Positions 14,299 through 27,530 of a stretch of 64,000 bases of DNA are shown here, piece after piece (positions within the stretch are counted from its first letter, which is position 1; each line of letters starts with the position of its first letter). Below the pieces are notes generated by a model that saw only the letters and a list, made by a program, of their open reading frames with translations, was not told the DNA's origin and made no database searches. The DNA is from Octopus vulgaris (Eukaryota). A program made the position numbers and the translations under genes. The stretch is from contig OX597824.1 in assembly GCA_951406725.2 (NCBI GenBank), positions 43,276,001-43,340,000 on the forward strand. Reading direction: 5' to 3'.

Positions 14299-15530
14299 CA
14301 GGGACTAGCATCATAGCATCATAATTTTGAAATATCTATAAAATCGTCAAAAGCTTGTTTATTTTTATGTTTTTTGATTTATTATTAGTGTTGCTTAACA
14401 TGTTTTACTAAAATTGTTGTTTCTTTTCAGATATCATCAGAAAAAGGTAATTAAAATTCATTAAAATGACAGATCTATCGGACTTTCAAAGAAGACAATT
14501 GGTTGGTGCTCGTATGGCAGTTGCTAGCGTAACAAAACAGCCGAAATCTTTGGTGTATGAAGAAGTGCTGTCTCGAAAGTAATGACAGCCTTTGAGAAAG
14601 AGGGAAAAACCTCCTCGTCGAAGCAAAACTCCGGAGGAAAACCAAAACTTTCAGATAGGGACCGCCGGATTCTTACGCGAATTATTAGAAAGGATCACAA
14701 ACGTACACCTCCCAAAATTACTGCAGAGCTTAATGACCATCACGAGAACCCAGTTTCCACATAAACTGTTCGCCGGGATCTGCACAAAGCCGGATTTCAC
14801 GGGAGGGCTGCAATCAGAAAACCACTACTTTCAAAAACAAACGTTGCAAAGCTTTTAGAGTGGAATAAAAACCTACAAAATTGGTCCCTAGCGCAGTGGA
14901 AGAATGTAATTTTCTCGGAAGAGTCATCCTTTACCTTATTTCCGACCACTGTTCGAGTATACATGTGGAGACAGCCAAAAGAAGCATTTGACCTAGACTG
15001 CCTTCTACCAACTGTTAAAAAACATGGGAGATGACCTGTGTTGATCTGGGGCTCTATATCTTGGAAATTCGCCGGCCCAATGGTTTCCATTCATGGCAGA
15101 ATAAATAGTCAAGACTATCTACGCATTTTATCTGATGAAATTCATCCTATGATTGCGGAACTGTTTCCGGAAGGAAACGCAATCTTTCAGGATGCTAATG
15201 CACCAATTCACACAGCCAAAGTTGTTACTAGATGACATGAGGAACATTCTAGTAAAGTTAAACATTTTATCTGACCACCACAGTCCACAGACCTCAATAT
15301 TATTGAACATTTATGGTGCCTTTTAAAAAAACAAATAAGGAGTCGATATCCTCCACCATCACCACAAAAAGAACTGGAGACTGTTTTAGCTGAAGGATGG
15401 ACAGAAATTCCTTTGGAAACGATTCAAATTTTGTACGAGTCCATACCTCGTAGAATTCAAGCCGTAATTACTGCCAAAGGCGGTCCTATCCCATATTAAA
15501 ATAAATTTGTTTGAAATTTTACAATCCTTG
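14299..15530 (+). mobile_element. Defective Tc1-like (DD34E) transposon
   Basis: Transposase from ATG ~14466: MTDLSDFQRRQLVGARMA..., GGKPKLSDRDRR, VIFSEESSF, FQDANAPIH, PPQSTDLNIIEHLW. Ends are TA|CAGGG and CCTTG|TA. Confidence 0.92.
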
Positions 15531-15537
15531 TATATAT

Positions 15538-15756
15538 TCTTTTACTTGTTTCACTCATTTGACTGCGGCCACGCTGAAACACCACTTTTAGTCGACACCA
15601 GGACTTATTCTGTGTAAGCCTAGTACTTATTCAATCGGTCTCTTTTGCCGAACCGATATGTTACGGGGACGTAAACACACCAGCATCAGTTGTCAAGCGA
15701 TGCTGGGGGGACAATTACACACGCACAAACGTACACACACACACACAGACACACAG

Positions 15757-15852
<96 letters not shown>

Positions 15853-16005
15853 CGACAGTCTTCTTTCATATTCCGTCTACCAAATCAACTGACAAGGCTT
15901 TGGTCGTCCCGATGCTATAGTAGAAGATACTTGCCCAAGGTTCTACACAGTGGGACTGAACCATGTAGTTGGGAAGCAAGCTACTTACTGCACATCCACT
16001 CCTGC
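15538..16005 (-). mobile_element. Full CORE-type SINE (family B) with internal microsatellite
   Basis: Reverse complement of the 40247-40685 copy, including the tail TTTACTTGTTTCA..TCATTTGACTGCGGCC. Confidence 0.85.
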
Positions 16006-16052
<47 letters not shown>

Positions 16053-16214
16053 AACAGTAGAGTCCAGAGTAATCCATAAGCAGGAGCGGTGCAGCCGGAG
16101 TGTAGGAAGTCCAAAAGAGAATCCGTAAAGGGTAGAAAGTCTAGTGGAGAAGTTCGTGTGTGATGAGAGGAGTCAGGATCAACTGGTGCGACCACTTGAG
16201 CATGTGATATATGG

Positions 16215-16392
16215 GGAGAATTCACGAAAAAACAAAAGACGAAGACAGGTGGTGTAGAAAACAAACAGATGTATTAGTATAACGCTCGGGAATTGAAAAA
16301 ATCTTTAACGTTTCGAGCCTACGCTCTTCCACAGAAAGGAACACAGAAAGAAACAAGGAGAGAAAAAATATGTGTAGTGGCTACCGATCTAA
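16215..16392 (-). mobile_element. ~180 bp hammerhead-variant element (copy 2 of 3)
   Basis: Minus strand 16338-16303 reads cttt CTGTGGA A gagc gtag gctc GAAA CG TT aaag. Confidence 0.7.
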
Positions 16393-16406
16393 TGATAATA
16401 ATAATA

Positions 16407-16450
<44 letters not shown>

Positions 16451-16987
16451 AGTAACCTACTTCAGAAGCAAGGAAAACTAATACAAATAGTCACAATACA
16501 AGAACAAAACAAAAAACTGCTTTAAGTTTTTAAGGAAGCTGACAAATGCAAAAAAGAAGTCACAGTAATCAACAACTATGAAGAAACAGAAGAAACAACG
16601 AAAGCTGTAAAACAACCCAAATCCAAACTAAAACTGGAACAGCAATTGAGCATGGATGAATGTAGTGGCTAAGAATGATCCCTGGCTTACCACCCATGCA
16701 GGAAGTGCAAAAGATTGTCTTAAGTGGTCCGTCACAGGTAATGAGAAGAGCATTGTCGCTGTGAATTTTCTTTCCTCTTTTCCCCCTTTATTTTCTTTGT
16801 TTACTTTTTAATTTTTATTTTTTATTTATCTTTCTGTCTTCCGCTTTTTCTCTACCACTTGACTTTGTAAATGAACATTCCGGTGTGTTTATTTTAATGG
16901 CCTACCAATTTATACAGTGCGTTTCTCTGACCTAGGTGTCAGGAGGACACTCGGTAAGAAGTGGAAGCAGAATTGAAAGAAGATGCT

Positions 16988-17033
<46 letters not shown>

Positions 17034-17039
17034 GTGATC

Positions 17040-17250
17040 CTTTACACTAAAGGCACAGGGGCTGAAATTTGGTGGGAAGGGTGTAGTTGATTACATCGAC
17101 CCCAATGTTTCACTGGTACTTAGTTTATCGACTCCGAACGGATGAAGGGCAAAGTCCTCCTCGGCAGAATTTGAATTCGGAACGTGGTAACAGACGAAAT
17201 ACCGCTAAGTATTTCACCCGGCGTGCTAACCATTCTGCCAGCTCGTCGCC
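17040..17250 (-). mobile_element. Family A SINE between (TAA)n tracts
   Basis: GATTACATCGACCCC...GTGCTAACCATTCTGCCAGCTCGTCGCC. Confidence 0.8.
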
Positions 17251-17299
17251 TTCAGTATAATAATAATAATGATGATGATGATAATAATAATATTAATAC

Positions 17300-17347
<48 letters not shown>

Positions 17348-17974
17348 TAATAAGTTTTTACAGGTTTTGGCTCGAGGCCAGTAAATTTCGGGAAAGGTAA
17401 TTAGCCGATTAGTGGACACATCGACCCCAATACGTCAAATCAAACAGAACGTCAAATCAAACAGAATATTCCAGGTTTTTCATTCACATGAATCTTATAA
17501 TAAACAGTAAAATCAATAAATTTGAAAAACCTTGATAGGAAACTGCTAACTATAATCGTATTTTTAATATCATGTATTTATTTATTTCATTATTGATTTA
17601 ATAATGTGTATATGTGTTCGAGTATGGAAGAAATTGTACAGGGAGAGAGAGAGTGTGTGTGTGTGTGTATATGTGTTTGAAAGTAATTGTATGTGTGCAA
17701 GTGTCTGCACGCGCATGTGTATGCGTGCGACCATGCATTTGAGGGTTATTATGTGCATCGACATCATTCCTGACAATTTATTAAAATCAGTCAAGAGCAT
17801 GTTACGTCTATTCTTTTGTTGCTTTCAATTTGCTTTTACCTGCCGTCTTTTTTCATTTCTTTGATAAATTATTTCGAAACTTGTCTTATAATAGATTTTA
17901 TTCACTGTGATATGATCATAATATTTCTAGTTTGCAATAGAATATTTTTTCACACACACTTCTTTTCTGCTCCC

Positions 17975-18049
<75 letters not shown>

Positions 18050-18819
18050 GTCTGTTTATCTATCTATCTGTTTATCTATCTATCAATCTACCTCTCTCTC
18101 TTCTTCTTTCTCTCTCTATCTCTCTCTCACACACATACACACGTACACACACACACTCACGCACAGACACGCAAACACACACAGAGTTTATTTCTTGTTT
18201 GATTTCATTTTATTTGAACTTTATTTTGTTTATCAAAAATTATAAAAATATAGAGGGCGCGAAAGGTGCAGAGGTGTATGTTTCAAATGTTGGTCCTTAG
18301 CCAGTACATTATCTCCTGCTCCCCAAGGACATTGATGTTTCTAATTCATTTATCATTTGCAACTCCAGATAATAACCACTATTTCTATTCCAGACACATA
18401 CATTCTTCTTGAATCATCTACGAAATTACTTTTTCTTAATTACCATCGTTAATTTTTAAAACTTATATTTTATGAGGGCTTATATGCACGTCTGGGTGTT
18501 TGTGTGCATGTAAGTGGTGTGAGTGTGCGTACATTTGTGTATGTATGTGTGAGTGGATATATTTGTTTATATCTGGACATGTGTGTGTTGATGGTTGTAT
18601 CTTCGTATTTACAAATAACTGTGAGTGAAGAATCGATACTAGACCTTAAATAGTACTTGTGTAGCGACGCTAAAACGATGAAAAGGGAAAACCGACCTCC
18701 GTGGGATTTTAAATCTGAGCTCTGAGAACTGGATCAAATAAAAGAAAGCATTCTAATCACCATTCTAAAGATTCTTTCATTTAGCCAGCATCTCTCTTCT
18801 TATGAAATGATCCAGACTA

Positions 18820-19815
18820 CAACTCGACTGACTTATATGAGCGGAGCATGTTTTTCGATGGCACAAGTGTTTCGAGAACAGTAGAGTGAAGATGAGAGAT
18901 GATGAGAGGTGTGAGAGGGAGAGAGGGAGAGGGGTGTGAGAGGGAGAGAGGTGTGAGAGGGGAGGGAGACGGTGGTCATCATATCAGAGCTGGTTGAGAA
19001 AATTCGTAATTCCATGGATAAAGACTGTTGTGTGTTTGTAAACACAATAAGCATACAGTTTGGAATGTTCATAGAAGAATTCATGAAGATGTGGACATGC
19101 GCAAACTTTGTTGGTGGCAGTATGGTGGTACATGAGCTCACTGCTTCCAGTCCAAGAGTACTTGAGTCTCGGATGATCTGTGACGAAAGCTGGATCAACT
19201 GTTATGAGAGACAGATTGCCCAATAGAAGCATCCTGGTTCATCCAGACCCAAGAAGACAAGGCAAAAGCAAGTCCACTCATGATGATCCCCTTTTTCGAA
19301 ATCAAGGACAGCAAGAGCATCATGCACATCCAGTGGGTTCCCTCAGACCAGACGGTCAAACGGAGTACGTGTAGAGATTTTATGGGAGTTCAGGAAGAGA
19401 CTTCGCCGCAAAAGGCCAGGGCTCTTCTATTCGGGTCGGTGATACCTGCATCAGGACAATGCACCAACCTACAATTCCATCCTTGTAACAAACTGTTTGA
19501 CAGTGTTGGCAGCAAAACTGTCCCCACCTCCAACTACCTTTGCAACCCAGACCTCGATTTTTGTGAGTTTGTTCCCCAAGCTAAAGGAGTAGCCTGAAGG
19601 TAAGTCGTCTTAAAGACATGGAGAAGATGTGACAAGGTTCCTGGACACTTTCATTTTGGAGGACTCCCATGAAGTCTTCTCGAAGTGGCTGGAGCGCTAC
19701 CAGTGCATTGAAATTAGAAGATCTTACGTTGAAGGAGAAAAGAGTTTTGTACTTTTTTGAAATTAATATACGTCTCTCCTGAAAAAAGTCTTAAAACTTC
19801 TAGGCTGCACATTGT
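18820..19815 (+). mobile_element. Degenerate mariner-like transposase remnant
   Basis: Contains ICDESWINCYE, HQDNAP and a PDLD-like motif, with a TIR-like end at ...TTGTA. Confidence 0.7.
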
Positions 19816-20148
19816 ACCTCCCTTTTTGTCCATTCTGCTAATGAAAGCACAACTTTCTCATACATTTCTATAATAATCTAACAACTAGAAACAGGATCAT
19901 ATCCGGCAAGATATAAAATATAGTATGTATAAATGCCAATATGTAAATTGGTTTCATAGTTAAGTGTCTCATAATAAATCTGATTTGTTCTTAAACAATT
20001 TGTACAAAAAGAAATTTTCTTTATGCAACTGTGAAGAGCTAATCCACTCTAATGCTGTAGTTAACGCACATGAATGAAAATACGTACACTAACAGGGACC
20101 ATATACGTCCAAAAAAGAGTAAAATTCTTCATATTACTCTATTTGCAA

Positions 20149-20222
20149 TCCAGCTGATGAAGGCATTTCATGACAATAGATTTTTTGAACGTCTAACTAG
20201 AAAAACAACGTTTATACCGGGA
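20149..20222 (+). ncRNA. Degenerate hammerhead-like motif
   Basis: CTGATGA, then aggcatttca...tgaacgtct (stem II), then GAAA aac aac gtt TA. Stem I is weak. Confidence 0.35.
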
Positions 20223-20515
20223 AAGATAATAACAATGTTATAAATTTAACATGCAAATAGATTATTTTCAAGCGTTTCTTCAATTTAGCATAGCATTATA
20301 CGCACACACACGCACGCACACACACACACACACACATACACATATATATATATATATATATATGTGCACACACAAATGTATGTATACATACGCATACACG
20401 TATACATACCCCCCCCATATATATATATATATACATATACTTAACATACACACATAGTATACATACACACACAGATACACGCATATTAATATATACACAC
20501 ACACACATACACACT

Positions 20516-20567
<52 letters not shown>

Positions 20568-21462
20568 GTGTGTGTGTGTGTGTGAGATGAGTGGGGGGAA
20601 CACGCGTCCAAATATAAATTTGAATATTTTATATATTTATTCCAGCATGTAGATTGATAATGCTTTCAAACGCCTCTTGATTATCGCACTATAACATATA
20701 CATCATTATATATTTGCATATTTATATGATTTTAGGTGTGAGTGTACGTGTAGGCTACAAGAGCGCAGATACAATACTTAAACATATATACATAACTGTA
20801 CATCATAATCACGCATACATACGCAAACGACGTATCACGAAAACTCGATTAGAACGCAAACAGACGTTAGTAATATTTTAGTTTTAACACAACCATTCTG
20901 CATCATTCTACATATAGATAAAAGGTGAGAATGGGTCGATTCTTCACACTATTACCATTCCCAATAACTGGCTAGCCTTTTTCATCCATTTTATTAAATT
21001 TGTTTGGAATTTTTTCACTTGTTTCGTTGATTGTCTGCTTCTTTGTGTTTTTTATATTTGCCATATCATTAATGTTTAATGATGATCAATATTGATTTGG
21101 TTTGACAAGGCACAAGGCCAACTTTTGTAGGAATGCGCTGTACTCTATAAATGGAATGACCCCAGTATAATACATATTATTTATGCTATCGAACAGGCAA
21201 AGATGAACTAGTCGAACATCGTTGTTATATGAAGTCAGACAGTGGAAGTGGATGAACTTGAATATCGTAAATTACACTGAGTTTTGAAGATTCATTGTTT
21301 CTGCTAAATTCTTTTTTCGTCACTCCAATTAAGACTAGTGGCAATAGCCATACATATTTATAAAGCATTTTTCTCCGTAAATTCGTACGACGTGGAATTT
21401 AAAATAGTTTTCCCTCTTTCACTGCCTCACACATAAACGTATACATACATGCCTACATACAT

Positions 21463-21509
<47 letters not shown>

Positions 21510-21612
21510 TACATACATACAGATATATATATATATGCATATATACATATATATATATATGTATGTGTATATGTAGTGGATTTGGTTGACGGAAACTGAA
21601 AGAAGCACGTCG

Positions 21613-21686
<74 letters not shown>

Positions 21687-21702
21687 TGTGTATATGTGTA
21701 TA

Positions 21703-23147
21703 TATCGCCCAATCTCACTCACCTCCCACATCATTAAAGTGTTTGAAAGAGTGTTAAGATCAAGGATAGCTGACTTCCTGGAGACCCACAAACTCCTAAA
21801 TGCAAATCAGCATGGCTTTCGCTGTGACAGGGACTGTCTAACACAGCTCTTACACCACATTGAAGATGTACTCAAAGCCTTGGGAACAGCTTCGAACTCT
21901 GACGTCATATATCTTGACTTCAGTAAAGCGTTCGACAGGGTAGACCATAATATCCTACTCTCAAAATTGGCAAATGTTGGAATCCGGGGAAAAGTTCTAC
22001 ACTGGTTTAAGTATTTCCTGGCGAATAGAATACAACATGTTGTAGTTGATGGAGTCCACTCAAGCCCAGCAAAAGTCACCAGCGGTGTTTCCCAGGGGAC
22101 TGTTTTGGGTCCGCTACTCTTCATAATTTACATAAACGACCTTTCCAGTGTCGTACATTACTGCAAAGTGAAAATATTTGCTGATGACACTAAGCTCCAG
22201 CAAATCGTCAATGAAGAAGCAGACCGAACTCAACTCTAGTCTGATCTATATGCCGTTAGTCAATGGGCAGACAGAAATAAAATACAACTGAATGAGGGAA
22301 AATTTGAGCTGATGCATTTTGGAAGAAATTCCTCACTAAAACAACCATACTCTCTTCCTTCAGGGGAACCGCTCACAGCCTCTAACAATATCAGAGACCT
22401 GGGTGTAGTTGTTGATGACGATCGCAGTTGGAGTGCACACATCAACAAGAAGGTCGATATAGCTCGTAGGATGAGTTCCTGGATCTTAAGAACTTTCCGG
22501 TCCAGAGAACAAGGTGTCATCATACCACTTTCTTCCTCCCTTGTACGGCCACACCTTGAATACTGCTGCCCACTGTGGTCTCCCCATACAAGACAAAACA
22601 TCTCCAGAATTGAGTCTCCCCAGAGGGCACTCACTAAACGAATTGAAGGCATGGCCGCTCTCGATTATTGGGATCGCCTTAAGCCTTGAAACTTTACTCC
22701 CTCCAGCATCGCCGTGAGCGGTACATCATTTGTACGATGTGGAGAATATAGCGCCAACTTTGCCCAAACGACCTTAACATTAGCTTCAAGGTTCATCCAA
22801 GACTGGGACCACGGGCCATACGACCTCTGCCCAGTTCAAGATCACAACATACATGTACACTGCAACATAATTTCTTTTCCTCAACAGGCCCTGCCCTATT
22901 TAACATTGTCCCGAAGAAGATCAAAGAGGAAAAGGATCCCATCAACTTTAAACGGAGTCTGGATAGATTTCTTCAAAGAATACCAGATAAGCCACCCATA
23001 ATTCGATACAACTCACCCAACAAGAACTCACTACTTGAACAAAACTTGCCTTAAACAGGATTCGAATAATCCTATCAGGTGGTGCTATTAAATTAGACAT
23101 GGCCTGGACCAATCTTGGTCGAAACATATCTAAGTTTATCTAAGTTT
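21703..23147 (+). mobile_element. 5'-truncated CR1/L2-group LINE (RT), copy 1
   Basis: YRPISLTSHIIKVFE, NQHGFR, YLDFSKAFDRVDH, GVSQGTVLGPLLF, FADD, RDLGV, VRPHLEYC. Ends in a 3' stem-loop and a (TATCTAAGTT)2 tail. Confidence 0.95.
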
Positions 23148-23222
23148 ATATATATATATATATATATATAATTGTGTGTGTGTATGTATGTATGTATGTA
23201 CGTATATATCATATACATACAT

Positions 23223-23576
23223 ATAAGAAAATGAGATGAAAAAAGAATAAGAAAGGTTTTATTATGAACTTTATTAGCTTTCAGATGCAGTGGACTCATA
23301 GTTGAGTGGCTGAATAACAACCTATGCCTTCATCGGTGCCTCGAATATAGATTTAATCTAATTACCTTTGGATATACGCTTTTTTATATACATCAGTACT
23401 AACTTTGTGTCTGGGAATACTTTTTTCTAAATATAATGCACTTCATATTCGTCGCTTCGATGAAGTTATAGGATGTTATTCTGGCAGTCAAATATGAGTC
23501 TACTGCACCCAATAGCAGAAACGGCTCTAAGCTAAGGAAGTTCATTTTTTTTTTCATTGTCATCTCATTTTCTTAT
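23223..23576. repeat. Degenerate foldback element with hammerhead remnants in both arms
   Basis: ATAAGAAAATGAGATG pairs with CATCTCATTTTCTTAT, and GCAGTGGACTCATA pairs with TATGAGTCTACTGC. Plus arm 23454-23532 reads gct TCGATGAAG...AGAAAC ggctc TA agc. The minus arm retains CCGATGAAG. Confidence 0.65.
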
Positions 23577-23689
23577 TGCTGCTATGTACTCGTCTAACAC
23601 TTCATTCTAAAGCATACGTACACAGAGTTTTACCACAGCTCATTAGTCTCGCAATGCCTAAGTGAAATGAATACGCACGCACACACACA

Positions 23690-23784
<95 letters not shown>

Positions 23785-23976
23785 ATATATATAGGATTCA
23801 ATCCAATTGACAACGTAGGTCAAGTAGGTACTGTAAATTTAGGGTGAATACTTGATAAGTGTAAGCACCTGTATACGCCACCTAGTGGCAGGGGTGAGAG
23901 GGTATATATCAAATAAAATCAAAACCAGAATATATATATATATCCGGTGTGTGCAGTTAAGGCAGTATTAAAATAG

Positions 23977-24152
23977 GCGCAGGCGTGGCTGTGCGGTAAG
24001 AAGCTTGCTTCGCAACCTCATGGTTCCGGGTTCAATCCCACTGTGTGGCACCATGGGCAAGTGTCTTTTGATTTAGCCTCGGGACGACCGAAGTCTTGTA
24101 AGTGGATTTGGTAGACGGAAACTGAAAGATGTCCGTTGTGTATATATATGTG
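23977..24152 (+). mobile_element. Family B SINE head, truncated at the duplication breakpoint
   Basis: GGCGCAGGCGTGGCTGTGCGGTAAGAAGCTTGCTT...GGATTTGGTAGACGGAAACTGAAAG. Confidence 0.9.
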
Positions 24153-24163
24153 TGTTAAGATCG

Positions 24164-25572
24164 GAAAGAGTGTTAAGATCAAGGATAGCTGACTTCCTGG
24201 AGACCCACAAACTCCTAAATGCAAATCAGCATGGCTTTCGCTGTGACAGGGACTGTCTAACACAGCTCTTACACCACATTGAAGATGTACTCAAAGCCTT
24301 GGGAACAGGTTCGATCTCTGACGTCATATATCTTGACTTCAGAAAAGTGTTCGACAGGGTAGACCATAATATCCTACTCTCAAAATTGGCAAATGTTGGA
24401 ATCCGGGGAAAAGTTCTACACTGGATTAAGTATTTCCTGGCGAATAGAACACAACATGTTGTAGTTGATGGAGTCCACTCAAGCCCAGCAAAAGTCACCA
24501 GCGGTGTTCCCCAGGGGACTGTTTTGGGTCCGCTACTCTTCATAATTTACATAAACGACCTTTCCAGTGTCGTACATTACTGCAAAGTGAAAATATTTGC
24601 TGATGACACTAAGCTCCAGCAAATCGTCAATGAAGAAGCAGACCGAACTCAACTCCAGTCTAATCTATGTGCCGTGAGTCAATGGGCAGACAGAAACAAA
24701 ATGCAACTGAATGAGGGAAAATTTGAGCTGATGCATTTTGGAAGATATCCCCTCACTAAAACAACCATACTCTCTTCCTTCAGGGAAACCGCTCACAGCC
24801 TCTAACAATATCAGAGACCTGGGTGTAATTGTTGATGACGATTTCAGTTGGAGTGAGTGCACACATCAACAAGAAGGTCGATATAGCTCGTAGGATGAGT
24901 TCCTGGATCTTAAGAACTTTCCGGTCCAGAGAACAAGGTGTCATCAAACCACTTTTTTCCTCCCTTGTACGGCCACACCTTGAATACTGCTGCCCACTGT
25001 GGTCTTCCCATACAAGACAAAACATCTCCAGAATTGAGTCTCCCCAGAGGGCACTCACTAAACGAATTGAAGGCATGGCCGCTCTCCATTATTGGGATCG
25101 CCTTAAAGCCTTGAAACTCTACTCGCTCCAGCGTCGCCGTGAGCGGTACATCATTTGTACGATGTGGAGAATATAGCGCCAACTTTGCCCAAACGACCTT
25201 AACATTAGCTTCAAGGTTCATCCAAGACTGGGACCACGGGCCATACGACCCCTGCCCAGTTCAAGATCACAACATACATGTACACTGCAGCATAATTTCT
25301 TTTTCTCAACAGGCCCCGCCCTATTTAACATTGTCCCGAAGGAGATCAAAGAGGAAAAGGATCCCATCAACTTTAAACGGAGTCTGGATAGATTCACTCA
25401 AAGAATACCAGATAAGCCACCCATAATTCGATACAACTCACCCAACAAGAACTCACTACTTGAACAAAACTTGCCTTAAACAGGATTCGAATAATCCTAT
25501 CAGGTGGTGCTATTAAATTAGACATGGCCTGGACCAATCTTGGTCGAAACATATCTAAGTTTATCTAAGTTT
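24164..25572 (+). mobile_element. CR1/L2-group LINE RT, copy 2 (tandem duplicate)
   Basis: Near-identical to 21745-23147. ORF 24152..24805 contains GVPQGTVLGPLLF and FADD. Confidence 0.95.
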
Positions 25573-25637
25573 ATATATATATATATATATAATGTGTGTG
25601 TGTATGTATGTATGTACGTATATATCATATACATACA

Positions 25638-25991
25638 TATAAGAAAATGAGATGAAAAAAGAATAGGAAAGGTTTTATTATGAACTTCATTAGCTTTCAG
25701 ATGCAGTGGACTCATAGTTGAGTGGCTGAATAACAACCTATGACTTCATCGGTGCCTCGAATATAGATTTAATCTAATTACCTTTAAATATACGCTTTTT
25801 TATATACATCAGTACTAACTTTGTGTCTGGGAATACTTTTTTCTAAATATAATGCACTTCATATTCGTCGCTTCGATGAAGTTATAGGATGTTATTCTGG
25901 CAGTCAAATATGAGTCTACTGCACCCAATAGCAGAAACGGCTCTCAGCTAAGGAAGTTCATTTTTTTTTCATTGTCATCTCATTTTCTTAT
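25638..25991. repeat. Duplicate of the 23223-23576 foldback element
   Basis: Part of the tandem duplication. Confidence 0.7.
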
Positions 25992-26279
25992 TGCTGCTAT
26001 GTACTCGTCTAACACTTCATTCTAAAGCATACGTACACAGAGTTTTACCACAGCTTATTAGTCTCGCAATGCCTAAGTGAAATGAATACGCACACACACA
26101 CACACACAAACACACATATATATAGGATCCAATCCAATTGACAACGTAGGTCAAGTAGGTACTGTAAATCTAGGGTGAATACTTGATAATTGTAAGCACC
26201 TGTATACGCCACATAGTGGCAGGGGTGAGAGGGTATATATCAAATAAAATCAAAACCAGAATATATATATATATATATA

Positions 26280-26980
26280 CAAAATGAGAAAATGGAGAAA
26301 TATATCTAAATCAATCATCAACTATCAGATAATACCGAATCATATACTTTATTAAAACACTACACAATAGCAATGAGATTAGACATTAATACAGTACAAT
26401 AATTACAATCAATATGGTGAGATATAACTAAATAAATATAACAAGATATAAAAATATAAATATACATTTACATTATAACTGACAGCTGTTTCGGCCATGA
26501 AGATAGGTATGTCTCATTTAACCTGTTAGCCATATAATGCAGGTATAAATGAGACATTAACAAGAATATCTTACGGCCTCTTCGGAGATTCTAATGCAAG
26601 TATGAGTACAAACACTAAAATAATTTACATATAAATATAAATATGAGTGCATACATACTCATATTCTTACATATATATACATATACACAATAATACAATA
26701 TAAACAATATAAATCAATATGCATCAACAAACACAATAATGTTCCATATTGAACGCCACAGCTCCTCAACCAACATCAAGAAACCACAACAGACGCACTC
26801 ACACTCAATGCAGGCATATATATTAAACAGTTCAATATATTAAAATATGTCACTTCACAAAAAGCCAATAAAGTACCATCCAAGGCAAGTGGATATCTGC
26901 ATATATATGCAATCAGTTAAATTCCTCTGTTTGCATGGTATTAATTTTCACAGATGCATTCGATTGGCCTATACTTTTAA
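26280..26980 (-). mobile_element. ~700 bp non-coding hammerhead-bearing segment in (TA)n, absent from duplicate copy 1
   Basis: Copy 1 reads CAAAACCAGAA(TA)nTCCGGTGTGTGC at 23920-23955. Copy 2 has this segment between two (TA)n runs at the same site. Confidence 0.85.
26471..26596 (-). ncRNA. Type I hammerhead ribozyme motif with long stem II
   Basis: Minus strand reads cattagaatct CCGAAGA ggcc...aatgtctcatttatacctgc..aggttaaatgagacat...ggcc GAAA CAGCTG TC agttataatg. Confidence 0.8.
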
Positions 26981-27029
26981 TATATATATATATATGTCCG
27001 GTGTGTGCAGTTAAGGGAGTATTAAAATA

Positions 27030-27194
27030 GGCGCAGGCGTCGCTGTGCGGTAAGAAGCTTGCTTCGCAACCACATGGTTCCGGGTTCAATCCCACTGTGT
27101 GGCACCATGGGCAAGTGTCTTTTGATTTAGCCTCGGGACGACCGAAGCCTTGTAAGTGGATTTGGTAGACGGAAACTGAAAGATGTCCGTTGTG

Positions 27195-27269
<75 letters not shown>

Positions 27270-27530
27270 GTGTGTGTGTGCGTGCGCGTATGTGTATGTG
27301 TGTATTTGTGCATACGTGTGTCTGCGTTTACTCCCGACCATCACTTGACAACCGATGTTGGTGTGTTTACGACCCTGTAACTTACAGTTACCAAACGAGG
27401 CCGATAGAATATGTATCAGGCTAACAAACAATAAGTCCTGCGGTCGATTTCTTCGACTAAAAACTCTTTAAGGTGGTGCTCCTGTATGGCCGCAGTCAAA
27501 TAAGTGAATCAAGTAAAAGAAGAAAAGAAT
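27030..27530 (+). mobile_element. Full family B SINE
   Basis: Head, internal (TG)n, and tail TGGCCGCAGTCAAATAAGTGAATCAAGTAAAAG. Confidence 0.9.

Noticed and set aside
23100-23147. GGCCTGGACC-AATCTT-GGTCGAAAC resembling a hammerhead
   Set aside because: There is no CUGANGA core and no stem I/III closure. It is better explained as the LINE 3' stem-loop before its tail repeat.
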